A DNA stretch of 60,789 bases, filler included, from Catajapyx aquilonaris (Eukaryota), in assembly GCA_000934665.2 (NCBI GenBank). It is 4 parts of 4 records of this genome, joined end to end, with 100 filler letters (N's around TTAATTAATTAA, not from the genome) between each part and the next. Parts side by side here need not be neighbours in the genome. Positions count along the whole stretch, not along the records: positions 30,452 to 45,574 come from JYFJ02007598.1; positions 45,675 to 60,789 come from JYFJ02007599.1; 2 more parts are not named here. The stretch is one strand, 5' to 3'. The translations under genes and the position numbers were made by a program. The notes under the pieces are model-generated. The model was given only the letters and a program-made list of their open reading frames with translations, was not told where the DNA came from and searched no databases. Of this stretch, positions 36,607 to 49,600 are shown piece by piece; the stretch's first letter is position 1, and every line of letters starts with the position of its first letter.

Positions 36607-37097
36607 TGTTCTGGTCATGACACAGACAATTGATGTACACCAAACTGTTTTAATGTTAACGGCAAAAATGTATCATTAGACAATCGCAGGTGGAATAAAT
36701 ATTCAAATCAAACTTTTGATGTCTTTCCTTCAAGGAACTGAGCCCAATAACAAATCATCATTGTTAATAATGATTTCATATAAAAATAGAATGATAAAGC
36801 AGAGCGTAAAGACCCCTGTGGTGTTTTATGTAAGCTTAATATAATTATGACCTCACAGTAATCACAATCTGAAATTAGTGTAATTAGTGATTTTCTTTTT
36901 AATTAGCTACCATGCAACACTCCACTGCAAATATGTAGGATTGAAGAAATTAATGCAATTGCAATTGCAATCTATAAATGAAATCACAGCCATTGACAGA
37001 TCGTAAAATTTAAAACATGACACAATGATATTTTTTTACATCCTTAATTTTTATTACGAACATGTTCAAATTAATGCATAATTTCTGAGCGGAAAGT

Positions 37098-38707
37098 TCA
37101 GGCGACTTCATGTGCAACATTCGAGGTTAACCGTCCATCTCTGAAGAATCCAATGACTTCCGCTTTCGACATGTCCTTTCTGGATCCGTCAGCCACCGAA
37201 TGCACCTCCAGGACACCTTCCTTGATTCCTCGTCCTGCGACCACCACGAATGGAAACCCGGTCCGTTTGGCATCAACCAACCTTCGTCCCACTGTCATCG
37301 CATCACGGTCGTCCACCACCAGATCAGTCGACTGTCCGATTCCATCCCACACCATTTCAAGCTCACCCGGAGCCAACCCTTGCGCCTCTCTACTCCCCCG
37401 CTTCGGTCCGATTGCGCATACAGTGAACGGAGCGACTTCCACGGGCCATCTGATGTCCGAGTCTGTCGAAAGGCATTCAACACATGCAGCTAACAGTCTT
37501 GATAGTCCGACGCCGTAGCAGCCCATTTGCAACGGAGCCGACTGTCCTTCCAAGCTTGAAACGGCGGCTCCGAGGACAGCGCTGTATTTGGTACCGAGTA
37601 TGAAAGTGTGTGCAACCTCGATGCCGTCCTGTTTTGTGAGTGATGAGCCACATTGTGGGCAGGATTCCGCATTGGCCGCCTCCATATTGGCCGCATGTCC
37701 GCACTGTCCGCACACCAGCAAAGTATCCTCACCGACTTTCGACGGAAGGTGGAACTCATGCGACGTATCTCCACCCATCATACCGGAGCTGCCAATGACT
37801 ACATTGGAAGAAAAGTTAATGTCATTTCCTTCAGATGCAAGAAAAACATACCCACCTTTCATAAAATCGACTCCTAGTCGAACGAGAAACCGCTCGTAAG
37901 CATCGCACACTTCATTGTATGTGACCATCGCTTGATCCTCATTCTGATCGAACGTGTACAGATCTTTCATTAGGAACTCCCGTCCTCGTAAAAGACCAGA
38001 TCGGGGTCTGGCTTCATCCCGAAACTTGCTCGTGACTTGGTACAAACGAAGCGGAAGTTGTTTATGCGTAAGCGGGGATACGCTGGATATCAGGTGCGTT
38101 ACTGCCTCTTCGTGTGTCTGTAACCGGATAAACAGTAAACGTGCGATGGACTTTGTATGGGAATGATTACCGGACTGAGCAGGTACTCTCGGTCGTGCCT
38201 GTCCGTTACAGTGAACAGCTCCGGCCGAGCAGTGTCGTATCGGCCGGTTCTTTTCCACAAACCGGCCGGAGTCAGAGTCGGCAGCATCACCTTCTGGCAA
38301 CCGATCCGCTCCATCTCGACGTCCAGCAACCGGCTCAGTTTGTCCAGCGCACGCATACCAAGCGGTAGTAACGCAAACAATCCAGACCCTTCAGACTTGA
38401 TAACACCCAAGTCCATCATCAGCTGTTGAACAACCAAAAAAAAAAGTCATATTAAAAAGGCCACCCAAAACCAGTGTACAACACAAAAAACCTTCTGACT
38501 CTTGGAAGCCACATCTGTCTTGCTCTCAACGTCCTTTGGTGCCACACTGGTTGGCCTGAATATCCGGGACATACTCCAGTTCGATGCCCATCTTCGGACA
38601 ATAGTTCTACCCCGAATTAAAACCAATCCGGTCGAATTCATGGCTCGATTCGTCGTGATCAAAACTGATGAACACATGTGAAAAAGACGTCCACTGTAAG
38701 CCGCCAT
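37098..38707 (-). CDS. PARS2: Mitochondrial prolyl-tRNA synthetase (476 aa)
   Basis: Exons 38707-38492, 38422-38171, 38117-37856, 37798-37098. Arg/Ser-rich presequence-like N-terminus. Class II motifs LSPTHEE, KFRDEARPRSGLLRGREFLMKDLYTF, GIEVAHTFILGTKYS, MGCYGVGLSRL, plus C-terminal anticodon-binding domain. Confidence 0.95.
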
Positions 38708-38714
38708 CTTTGAA

Positions 38715-38955
38715 TTCAACGTTGCCAGATTGCACGACAATGTTGCCAGACACACAGAAAGGCACTTTTTATTCCCTGAAATATTGTTTAGTGCAATTAA
38801 ATACAGCGCGAAGCTTCATGGAAAGTAAAATTGACGGAAAGTAAACGAGAGCATTAAATTTTCAAATTTCGGTCATCTTTGAGCTCGTAGTCCCCAATCA
38901 GCCAATCAGAGGCCAGTATTAGTGTCACGTGATGCAGGAGTTCCAATATGGCGAT
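38715..38955. promoter_or_regulatory. PARS2 upstream promoter region, possibly bidirectional
   Basis: Tandem GTTGCCAGA (about 38721 and 38742), twin CCAATCAG boxes (about 38894-38909), E-box GTCACGTGA, and an AATATGGCG YY1-like motif facing away from PARS2. Confidence 0.45.
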
Positions 38956-41900
38956 CTCAATACCAGGCGTCAATGCACTGAACCTGACTGAACTATTTCA
39001 TCCTATTTGTCAGGCTTCCTTGCGAACGTCTGGGGCGCATTGTAAGCCGCATAGTTAGGATAAAGGCTTCCCCCCCCCTAAAAAATATGGTGCCCAAATT
39101 GTCACCATCAACAGTCATGGCATGTTCATTTGATACGATACTGTAACATATTTATAACAATACCTACCGTGAGAGGGGTGAGTGAGGCAATGTTTTCAGG
39201 TACTGCAGCAAGATGGCCCATGAGCTGTCGAGGAAGGCGCCCAAATTCCCCTAGCTTCTTTATTCTCGGCGGCGACCCCGAACGGATCAGACGTACTGGG
39301 CTGCGCTGAGGTCAGTCACCCCCACCCCGTGGTGTAGGGGCCAGTGAACTCGGAGGGGTCGATGGCCGACGACTATCAACCTCCCTTCACATCGGAATGA
39401 AGCTGACGCTGAACACCCAGGGCCGATCATAATAAGTAGGTCACCTTTTTTTTTTTTCGCAGCCGAGGTTTGCCGCAACTAGGGGTAAGAGCTCGGGGCC
39501 GAATTCGGCGAGATTGGACCTGTTTGGAAATCATGGCCAGGCGACAGGGCAGTTGATGGGGGAAATATTTGGGTTGTTTGAAAATTATGTCCAGGGCAGC
39601 AGGTGCTAATAATGGCGGGGGGCTGTTGTGCGAGGCTATAATTGGGGCCAATGACATATCATTGAATGTGGAGGCTAGGACACCGGGGCGGCCCCTAGGG
39701 TTAGTCAAAGTACACTCAGGTTTACTCATAGGGATTATTTGCCAACCAGTGCTTAAGTGCCAGCGATACACTGTGCGGCAGCATACGATCATGTAGTCCA
39801 AATATGTTTCACTTTTTGTTCGTCATGGCCGGTCATGGCATTAGTGAGGCAAGATGGCGGGCTTCTTTTGGCGCCAGATCTGACGTCGGGGCTACGGGAT
39901 TGGATGGGGGGTCTAGTTGCGCGGGCTTTCTGGCCAATGAGCATCGAGGAAGCGGCAGATCATAGCTGGCCGGGAAGGACGGGATTCGCCCCCCTTTCAT
40001 CTGTGCGGTCCCATGCGAGTCGGAGGTGCCTGCTGTTAGCGATCAGTGACCCCATCCTAGCCCCGGGGCCAATGACTTCTGGGTTGGTGGCCAACAGAGG
40101 GGCAGGAACCGTCTGTGATATTGGGCAGAACACTGGGCCAATGAACCCGGGGTCGTTGGTCGCCACCGATGAACCTTGGGCAAATCAAAGTAAGTAGGTG
40201 GTAGGTCACCTTTTAATTCGCAGTCAGCTTTGCTGGGGGGGCGGACATGGCGTTTGACTAGTTAGAAGAGTATCGCAGAGCACGGGGCCGAGCTGAGGGC
40301 GAGATCTGGCTTGGTTGGGAATTTATGTCCATGGCAGGGGCGATAGGGGCTGGTGTGGCTAGTCTCGAATCACAATAAAAAAAGGTGGCGGCATTGATGA
40401 AGCATCATTGAAGCTGGGAGGAGGCTAGAAAGGAGGCCATCTTGATTCCGAATTGCAAGATGGGCGGATGAGATAGGTACACCCCCGGGTTTCCAGTTTG
40501 GCCCCGGGGCGGCCCGTTGGGTTAAGCACAGTGCATTCAAGATTAGGTTTACTCACAGGGCATACCCTTTTTTTTGACACAATGGCGCATTAGACGAGCT
40601 TTTACCGTGTGTTTCATAACTTAGCTCACATTTACAAAGGCTGTTGAAACACGGTTGAAACGTAGTGGAGGAGAAGGAGATAAATAGGGTCTACGTCCTT
40701 CTGACCGACTAAAATTTGGGGTTATTACGGGTTATTATGTTGAATTATAGTACTAATGTGATTCATGCGGCGTTTAACACGATATTATTATCTAATTTTG
40801 AAACGCACGGCACTCTCGACTTGAAGTGCACCACATATTTTTACGCGAGTGCTTCTTGGTTAATCAGGTCCTGGGAAAGTGTTGGAGTGTGCCCCGCGTC
40901 GGGGTCAACAGGTCATCACAGACCGGTAGTTACCCAAGTTGTATTTTTTTGTCATTTCAGATGGGCCACCTCCAGCGATCTGCAAGCTTCTATTCTGATG
41001 TTTACCTAAGTCTGGTTTTAACCCTATTAACACCTCACCAATGTCCAATGGCATACTTGTGCGAAAGGGGTTCAAAGATATGTGCAGGTGGGAGCGGATT
41101 TGGGCTATGTGACCTTGGTGTATTGCACTGGATAAGGGCTGCTTGGAAAATGTGGGGTAAAAAAAAAATGATGGGAAATAAATCAATCCACTCAGGTTGA
41201 AACTTGTGAGTGCAGCTGCAGCTGCCCTTGCAAACCGAAGCCACATTTTAAATCGGGAAAATAGGGAGAAGGATTCAAGGCCGTGATGTCCTGGTGTCGA
41301 CAGTTTGAGCTTATTGCTAATTAATCGAGTTGTATGATACATATTTAGCAGTCCATTGTGACCGATGTCCATGTTATGCCGATTTAAAAAAAATTAATTC
41401 TCCGACACCATTATTGAACCGGGATCCGCCACAATTGGGCCCATTTATAATTTTTGATTGTATAGTAAACTCTGGGAATTGATGTTAAAAGATTCGGGTA
41501 CCATAATATGACAAAAATGTGTCTGGACAAGTTATTAGCAGACAGCCGGGCATCATTACACGCCAACGATATATATATATATTTTTTTTAAATTTCACGA
41601 GACAAAGCTTGCAAATTCATCATTTACAATTGAGCACGATGGACTAGAATGAACCCGGAGGACATAATTAAAATTACGTTGCTGCTTTTGTGTGTAGGAC
41701 TAACCGAATAAATCCGGTTCGTAAATATTATTGAAATTATGCAGCCCGTTTCATGTTGCCTTCTGCTGACGTATGCATTTCTGCCACACTTACCGTGTTA
41801 ACCAACTGAACCTCAGACTTTTGAATTTCATTCTTGGGACGCAAGTCAATCGACATCTCCTGGCTGGCGTAGTACATGCCAACCTAAACTCAGAGGCTCT

Positions 41901-44269
41901 CTTTACTGAAACATTGCAAGTGTTTTGCATTTGTGCGACTCTATAATAACACCAGGTAATCCAGGTAATCAGATACATTTCTTCTGAAAATGCCAATATT
42001 ATTAGTATGGCGCCACCACTAAATACAATAAAGTCTGATTGCTTACAGAAATAGCCGTCGTCAGAAGCTGAGAAGCGGGGAATGCTGCATGTCATTGTTA
42101 TAGGATTATTGTGTCTTTTATTCTTGATACCCGGCACCCATTACCCCTCAATAACCTTAAACCTACTGTTGTTATTTCCTCCTGGGCCCAGGATTACACT
42201 GTGCATGGTTGTTACTTTTATCTGTTATTAATATTGGCATTATCAGAACAATGGTTTGATACTGGAGGTAATAGTGATCGTTAATAGCACAACCTCATTT
42301 ATTTATGTATGTATTTATTTATTTAAAGATCATACTCTGCAGAATCAGTTCTGTAGTATGATTGAATGAACTCTATTGAACCAACTAGAGAGTCTGAGTC
42401 TGACATATCAGTGGGAGATTAAAAAGAACAGAGAGTGGCGGAGAGTGCGAAAAAAAAGGGTGGGCATATAATAAATGTTAATAGTGAGAAGGGCTCTTTT
42501 ACATGACACCAGGAACAGACTTACTCACTGTCGAAATAAATTATATGTCCTAACAATAAGGATAAACTATAGGTGAACTATGGCGAAGGTTGATCAGTAA
42601 ACGAGTGATTTTAATCGTGGTGAGGAAATCAAAATAGTAGGCACCCGTGTGAGGAGGACGCAGGTCGCGATATAGTTCTCTTGGGATCTATGGAGTCAGA
42701 AATATATTGTTTGGATGTATGTGGGTATAGAGAAAGATTCAAGGGTGGCACCACCATTATTACTCTGGTGGATGCTGAAGTACTTGCCCAGGAATGCGAA
42801 TGTTTTAAGTTGCCCGGAATGTTTCAAACTATGTCACTTCAGTGCTAGTTTCACCTAACTTTTGAAGCATTTTCTTTGTGAGAAGATAGGGTGCTCATAT
42901 AAACAGAGGTGTTAAATTATTTAGCTCGGGGCTCTTTATTTACCACATTTTGTTCTTTCATCAACGATGCATATAGCGGTTAGCCTCATAGTATTGTCAT
43001 TAATATTTGGCAGGGAATTTCATTGAACTCATTTGAAACAAGTTTATTGGATACAAGCATTTCCCTTCCTCTCCTGAACGACGCTGGACTATACAAAATT
43101 TGCAGACACTTCCAGACGGTGTCAGTCGAGTCAGTGTTGCTTTTTTGTCGGGGCATTTCTGCCCCGGGGTCATGTAACTCATGTTGACCCCTGCAGATGT
43201 AGAGTCAGTGCAGTGCTTCATTCGTGGATGGAGATCATTGGCTGCCAAAACCAAACCTGACGATCATAATCATCGAGGGCACCAGTGTACAGGGTGTGCC
43301 GAAAAGGACCGTGGAAGTCGTCTTGTATGGGTTTTCAAAACTAGTGTTTTTGGCTTCTCATTGGGATGACTTTGAAAGGATCCTAATTAGGCGCACCCTG
43401 TACCGCACTACCACCGCTGGACAGAAGACTACATTATTCTAATCATGTGGTCATGATTTTGTGACGGCTTGTACAGTGTCACGTGCGCCTAGCTCACGTG
43501 CCATTAAGCCACATGGTCACGTCATCGTGCTGCATGATTATCGATGCTTCGAAGGTTAAAGGTGAGAAAGGGTTCGAAAAGGTCATCCGGATATAAGGTG
43601 GCGGTGCGAGGGAGGATTCAAAGGTGCTGTACGATGACCCCGACCATTGTTGCCCAGGTTGTCCTTTTCAACCCGAATCTTTTGCGGACCACTTGAGCAG
43701 CTTATTCTACCGACGATATCGAAAAGCAATAACCGTGGGGTGAAACCACGGAAAGAGACCCAGATTTTAATGGAATATTCATATATCAGGTGGCGGACAT
43801 TGCATTTATATGACTTGCTGCAGTGTACCGCTGAAAATTGCGATATTTAATTTGCCAGACTTATATGCAGGATAGTTAAGTAGGCAGAAAAGAAAATCAG
43901 GCTGACGTTGGATGTAACTATATTGCCAACATTTTTACAGTTTTTACCTTGGTTTTTCCATACTCGAAACTGATGAATAATAAATTTTCGTACATTAGCA
44001 GGCATACAATATATTGCAGGGCCTGCGATATATTTCAAGTTGGCTAGAAAGAGAAAATGTTTCAGAGAGAGGCGCGTGACCTGGATCAGGTCGATTGCAA
44101 GTGTACATTTCATTGCATATGTTTAATCCTGTTCAATTCCAGTTCAACACTCAGGTACGTCACTCATTATTGGGTGGTAAGAATAATGTTTTTGTGCTCA
44201 AGTTTCTAATGTATTTCATTATATTGTTGTAAATAAGGCCTGAGCCCTATAATATTATTTGACAGCGTG

Positions 44270-45574
44270 AATTTGACAAATGCTGTGGGATGGAGGAGAG
44301 GCGAAAGGGCGCTGGGGAGAGTATTTTAAGGACTTGCTGTCAGCAAGTGATAAGGCCAGTGTTGATGTAGGCTATCTGTAAGTTTAATTGGGGATGTTGT
44401 ACCAAGTAATGATGGTTGTGGGGATATTGTTAAGAAGGAAGTTGTAGCTGCTGCTTTAGGACTTAAACTAGGTAAATCCCCTGGGGTTGATGCTATTTCT
44501 TCGGAAATGGTGAGGTGTGGCGGGGGTGATGTAGTTACTTTTTTGACTAATTTATGTAGGGTTTCTTTTGATAATGGTGTAGTTCCTAGGGATTGGAGGG
44601 ATGCTATTATAGTACCTCTGTATAAGGGTAAGGGAGATGTGTGTGACTGCAAGAATTATCGTGGCATTAGTTTGTTAAGTGTACCAGGGAAAGTGCATGC
44701 TAAGGTTTTGATAGAAAGAGTTAAGAGGGCCACAAGTCAGAGAATACTGAATATTCAGAGTGGGTTTATGTCGGGTAAGAGTTGTGTAGATCAGATATTC
44801 TGTATGAGACTCGTGATAGAAAAGTATTTAGCTGTAAACAAGAAGGTGTTTGTTGCCTTTGTAGACTTAGAGAAAGCATATGACACAGTAAGTAGGGAAG
44901 GTTTGTGGGAAGTTCTGAGTCTCTATGGAGTGAAGGGCCGCCTGTTGGAGGCTGTAAAGTCATTGTATGAAGAGAGTAGAGCTTGTGTTAGAACTAGTGG
45001 GGGTTTCTCTGACTGGTTTAACATTAGTGTTGGGGTTAAGCAGGGTTGTGTCATGTCTCCCTGGTTATTTAACTTATACTTAGATGCATGCGTAAGGGAA
45101 GCTATGGTTGAAGGTGTAGGAGTGCAGTTTGGTGATGAGTTAGTTAGTCACTTGCTGTATGCAGTTGATTCTGTGCTTCTGGCGGAGAGTGAGGCTGATT
45201 TACAGTTGATCCTATGCAAGTTAGATAATGTTTGTGAAAAGAGGGGTATGAGGATTAACGTTAGATAAGACTAATGTATTGGTATTTGAGAGGGGACAGC
45301 AGGTTTCTCCTTGTATGTTGCAGGTACGAGGAAAACTGGTTGAGCAGGTCAGCCAGTTTGTATACCTGGGTAGTGTCCTTGAGAGTAATGGTAGAATTGA
45401 TGGGGAAATAGACAGGAGAGTTAGTTCTGGGTTGAAAGTAATAGGTGCCACAAGTAAGTTTTCTAGAAATAAGGACTTTATCTTCTGCCTGTAGGTTGTC
45501 TGTCTATTCTCACGTTATTGTTCCTTCACTTATGTATGGTAGTGAAGCGTGGGTTTGGTCAGATAGGCATAAGA
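44270..45574 (+). mobile_element. RTE-clade LINE reverse transcriptase, 5'-truncated pseudogene
   Basis: GKSPGVD, NYRGISLLSVPGK, FVDLEKAYD, GVKQGCVMSPWLF, FVYLGS, LMYGSEAW. Catalytic YADD is mutated to YAVD; stop at 45268 and a later frameshift. Cut by the contig end. Confidence 0.92.
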
Positions 45575-45674
45575 NNNNNNNNNNNNNNNNNNNNNNNNNN
45601 NNNNNNNNNNNNNNNNNNTTAATTAATTAANNNNNNNNNNNNNNNNNNNNNNNNNNNNNNNNNNNNNNNNNNNN
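45575..45674. other. Artificial contig-joining linker
   Basis: 44 N + TTAATTAATTAA + 44 N. Confidence 0.97.
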
Positions 45675-45936
45675 TCTCTTCTGCCTGTGCACTCACTCAC
45701 TCGATTTGTAAACAGTGGCAACAATGGAAGCGCTCTCCATGGGCTGATGTTTGAATTGGCCCGCCGGACGGGGTTGCCAGGTAACGCCGCCGCCGTCGCC
45801 GCCGAAAAAAAAAATTAAGCGACGGCTAATATGTCCAGCACTGTACCACAGTTCCACCTTTTCTAGAAGTATCTGCATTCTAGCTGCATACTATTTCTGA
45901 GAGTTCATTGATAGTGCTTCAAAACCACATGTAATA

Positions 45937-46382
45937 TCTATAATATTAAAATCCTTGCTGTGTGTGTATAAGCCCTCTGATTGGTCCGCCCCCATATTGT
46001 TGTTACCGCCACGTTCCGATTGGCCCGCTTTGATTGTTACCTAACGTATTGTTACCATGACGCCTCCAATTGGCCCTGTTCCGAACATGCGCAATGGGTG
46101 GAAGAACGCAACAGTCGCTTGCTGGACGTCAACAATTTTTATTGAGACTGATCCCCAAGGCAGAGTAAATGGCGACGAAGTAGTGACTGACAACATCACT
46201 TTTAAAGAAGTTTTATAACTACCATCTGCAAATTTTCAGTGATAAGGTAGGAGCCAAAGGAACTGTGCTTATTACGTAACAATGGGGAGGTTTTTTCCGC
46301 ATATGTAATGGTTTCACTCCACATAACAGCTGCAGGCGGCCGAAGGTCTAGAAAAATTCGAGTGGAGCGAGTGTTTTTCTAG
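45937..46382 (+). mobile_element. Non-autonomous Helitron
   Basis: A|TCTATAATATTAAAATC 5' end; 3' hairpin AGAAAAATTCG...CGAGTGTTTTTCT ending CTAG|T. A related 3' end lies on the minus strand at about 27942-27990. Confidence 0.65.
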
Positions 46383-46698
46383 TACAACTATAAAAACAAT
46401 CAGGTTTTTAAAAAGTGAAAACATACGTGCCATGACTTTTGTAAGGACACCATGTAGAGTCAGTCTTTGTTCTTATTTAGAAGACAGTGATGCTCAAGTC
46501 ATAAACTTACTTATTATCACTACTTTTATAATTAATTTTTAATCTTTTTTTTCCTGCTTATAACCTAACATGGTACCCATATATGAAAGCTTAACATGAT
46601 ACAATAACTATACTGAAGTAAATTTCAACATTCTGCTTATGCTCTACATTGCACTAATGTTCCCCTTATTGCTGACTAACTTTTCTTCTTGTCTGCAG

Positions 46699-49600
46699 AC
46701 GCCCGAGTCCGAAAAATTCCTAGTGAAGGGGAAGCTCAGCGCCTGGATGGGGGCAGGGTGCAAATTGAGGGGCGCCAGAATCTGGCTATAAAAGTGATGA
46801 GCAATGGGGTGGAAGTAATTGTGGCAGGTGGGGAATACTCTCAACCACTAAAGTTGCATGCCTGTTGGTATCTTGGAATTTGAGAATATCTGTTACGGGA
46901 ATGCATCCTCAAACAGATAATTATAATAAAAGCTGTTAGCCTACTGCTAGACACATTTTAAAGAACAAAAGTGGCACTGTTATTTTTAATAAATGGGGGT
47001 GGAGGGGGGGGGGGATTGCACTACCACACCTAGTTTCATGGATGATATACACATGTTGAATTAACAATTTAGTGAGTTTCCGCCCCAAGTTGTTCAACAA
47101 CACATATCAAATGAAATGAGAAAAGTGAATGGGACTGTGCTATCGGTACCGGTACTCTTGTTCTTGAGTTTGTGAGCAGGAAGCTCATATAATGCCATGC
47201 AGTTCACCTAAGACACAGACTCTCACACTAAGGAAATGGAAGAGGACAGAAAAATATATAATTCTGCTACATAATACAATATTTGTACCCCTCCAAGAAA
47301 AACAATATTATAGGGGTAATATGTACATCACTTGTTTCATACTTCGCATGGAGGAATAAGTTCCTAATGAAAGTATAACTTTTTTTAAAGTAGTTGATTT
47401 GATTGTGATTAGAAAACCATTTGTAAAGGAGAGAACAAGCAGTAGTAATATCCCAGCATTTTCTCACGATGCAAATGTTTGTAACTGCACCAAAGAAGCA
47501 AAAATCTATCTTTTCAATTTTTATTTGATTTTTACTGATTTGGGGGGAAACATGTGTATTAACCCTTTCATGTCCAGCCACTTAGAATCTAGGTGATGAG
47601 AACTCGACCATGCAGTATCAGATATAGTCGCCATCGCCTAGTTTTCCGCTTACGCGTGCGCTGAAGACACGAACAAGATATTTTACAAGCAGCTATACTT
47701 ACCCGTTCATGGAAAACACTATGAATGCGTTGGAAACTATATTCCTCCCATAGAAGTCCCTAAATTAATTTCCAAAAATATCACTGTAAAAACTCGAAAT
47801 TAGAGTACTGCCTGCCAACTTTTAGGCTGATTTAATTTTGAAATACGTTAAAATACACGGAATAACAATCTTGAGGAGTGTGCCAGATGAATCCACTGAA
47901 ATCGTAGTACTTTTCGAGAAATAGCCTAAGTAAATTTGTGAGTTATCCGAAGTGACAGAAAAGTATTAATATATATATTTCTCGGAAAGTACAACGATTT
48001 CAACAAAGTCTTCTGGCAGGGTTCTCAAGATTGTGATTCCATATGTTTTAACTTATTTCATAATTAAATCAGCCTAACGGTTGGCCAGTAGTACTTGAAT
48101 TTTAATATTTTACAGGGATCTTTTGGGAAATTAATTTACGGATTTCTATGCGAGTAAAATTGTTTCCAACACATGCATTCTACACCATGAATGTAAAAGT
48201 ATAGCTGTTATTATTTGTAAAATATTTTGCCCTCAGTTGAAAATGGAACGGAATCGAAAAGCATCTAGGCATAGCTGCTACCTGGCGGTTGAGTTCTCAC
48301 CGCCTAGATTCTAGGTGGCTGGGGCCAAAGGGGTTAACTATAACCATAACATTGCTGCTTTGCAAAAAGTATTGGAAGCTTACTAGATATTTACTGCTCT
48401 AAAACTAGGGGGAAGGGGTGGTCAGTGAGATTTGACATGGTAATAATTTTAACAATTTTGCAAGCATGCAGTCTTCAGAAGGCAAAAAAGTCAAAACTGA
48501 TATAACTACTTTGCGTAACTGTAATATCATTGAATATATAAATACTGACCAAGACTGTCTAGGTATAGTGTACCATTACAAAAAATGGATATTAGATGTA
48601 TAGGGAATTAAAATGCATGCTTGGTTAATTGCTCTAACAGTTGTTTCCTCTGAAAATGTAGAAGCCAAGACTCTCAATCCAGGAGATGAAGCTCAAGGCC
48701 CAAGGCCATCTCCAGCAGCTCCAATTACATTGCCTCCAAGTACTCTGTCTGGTCAAGTTCTACTCATTGAACCAGGAACATATGATCAGGTACTGTGATG
48801 CTTCAAAAATACAATAGCATGTCTACTTAACATGTATTAATTTCATATTTCAGGTGGAGAATGTCAATCTCTTATCTTCTATCCAATCGGCCAAGCCAGA
48901 GTTTACCACCAAGACATACTTCACAACTTACACCTATGCTGGTGATGGTGGACTGGGAGGTCGTGAGAAAACTATTGCAAACGTTGTTACCCAACAAAAA
49001 TTGGATCGAGCAAGTTCTATGGAACCAACTCCAAGCCTGAAATCCAAAGTTACACTCTCTCCTGGATATCAAGATTTGTCTTACTTCACCAAAACACATT
49101 TCACAACCTACACGTACTACAACACATTTGCTGATGGTACTAGGCCTGTTGTGTTAACTTCTAAGGAGACAGTGTCAAATTTTGTTACAATTCCTGCATA
49201 TGAAAGTCTCATACTCTTAGAACCCACAACAGTCTTTGAGACTGAGACTTATTTTACAACATACACTTTCTCAAAGACTGTGACTGATGCCAGTAGTAAG
49301 AAAGATGTGATTACCACAGAAGAAGTAATCACCCAAGTAGTCGTCACGGAAGCTCCAACACCAGCAACAAACACTCCAGTTCCTGAACCAACGCCGGTGT
49401 CAGAGATAACCAAGACATATTTCACCACCTTCACTTATTTTACAACATCATTGTATGGAACACGAACCACTGTGAATAGCAACACAGTTGTTTCTTCAGA
49501 TATTGTGACTGAAACTATTTATGATACCAGAGAACCAACGCCTGCTTTAGCAAGCATTCCTCACATTAGTCAAAGTGCTGCACCTGTTATTGACTCATCT

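Noticed and set aside
37098..38300. Bacterial-type ProRS suggesting horizontal transfer or contamination
   Set aside because: Three spliceosomal introns and an N-terminal presequence-like extension identify it as nuclear-encoded mitochondrial PARS2. The 400-aa ORF reads through intron sequence.
40716..43850. Exon-like or transposase-like fragments (ORFs 40905-41372 and 43000-43442; mariner-like start at about 43290)
   Set aside because: No consistent frame or recognisable motif. Probably old TE debris, but not supportable.
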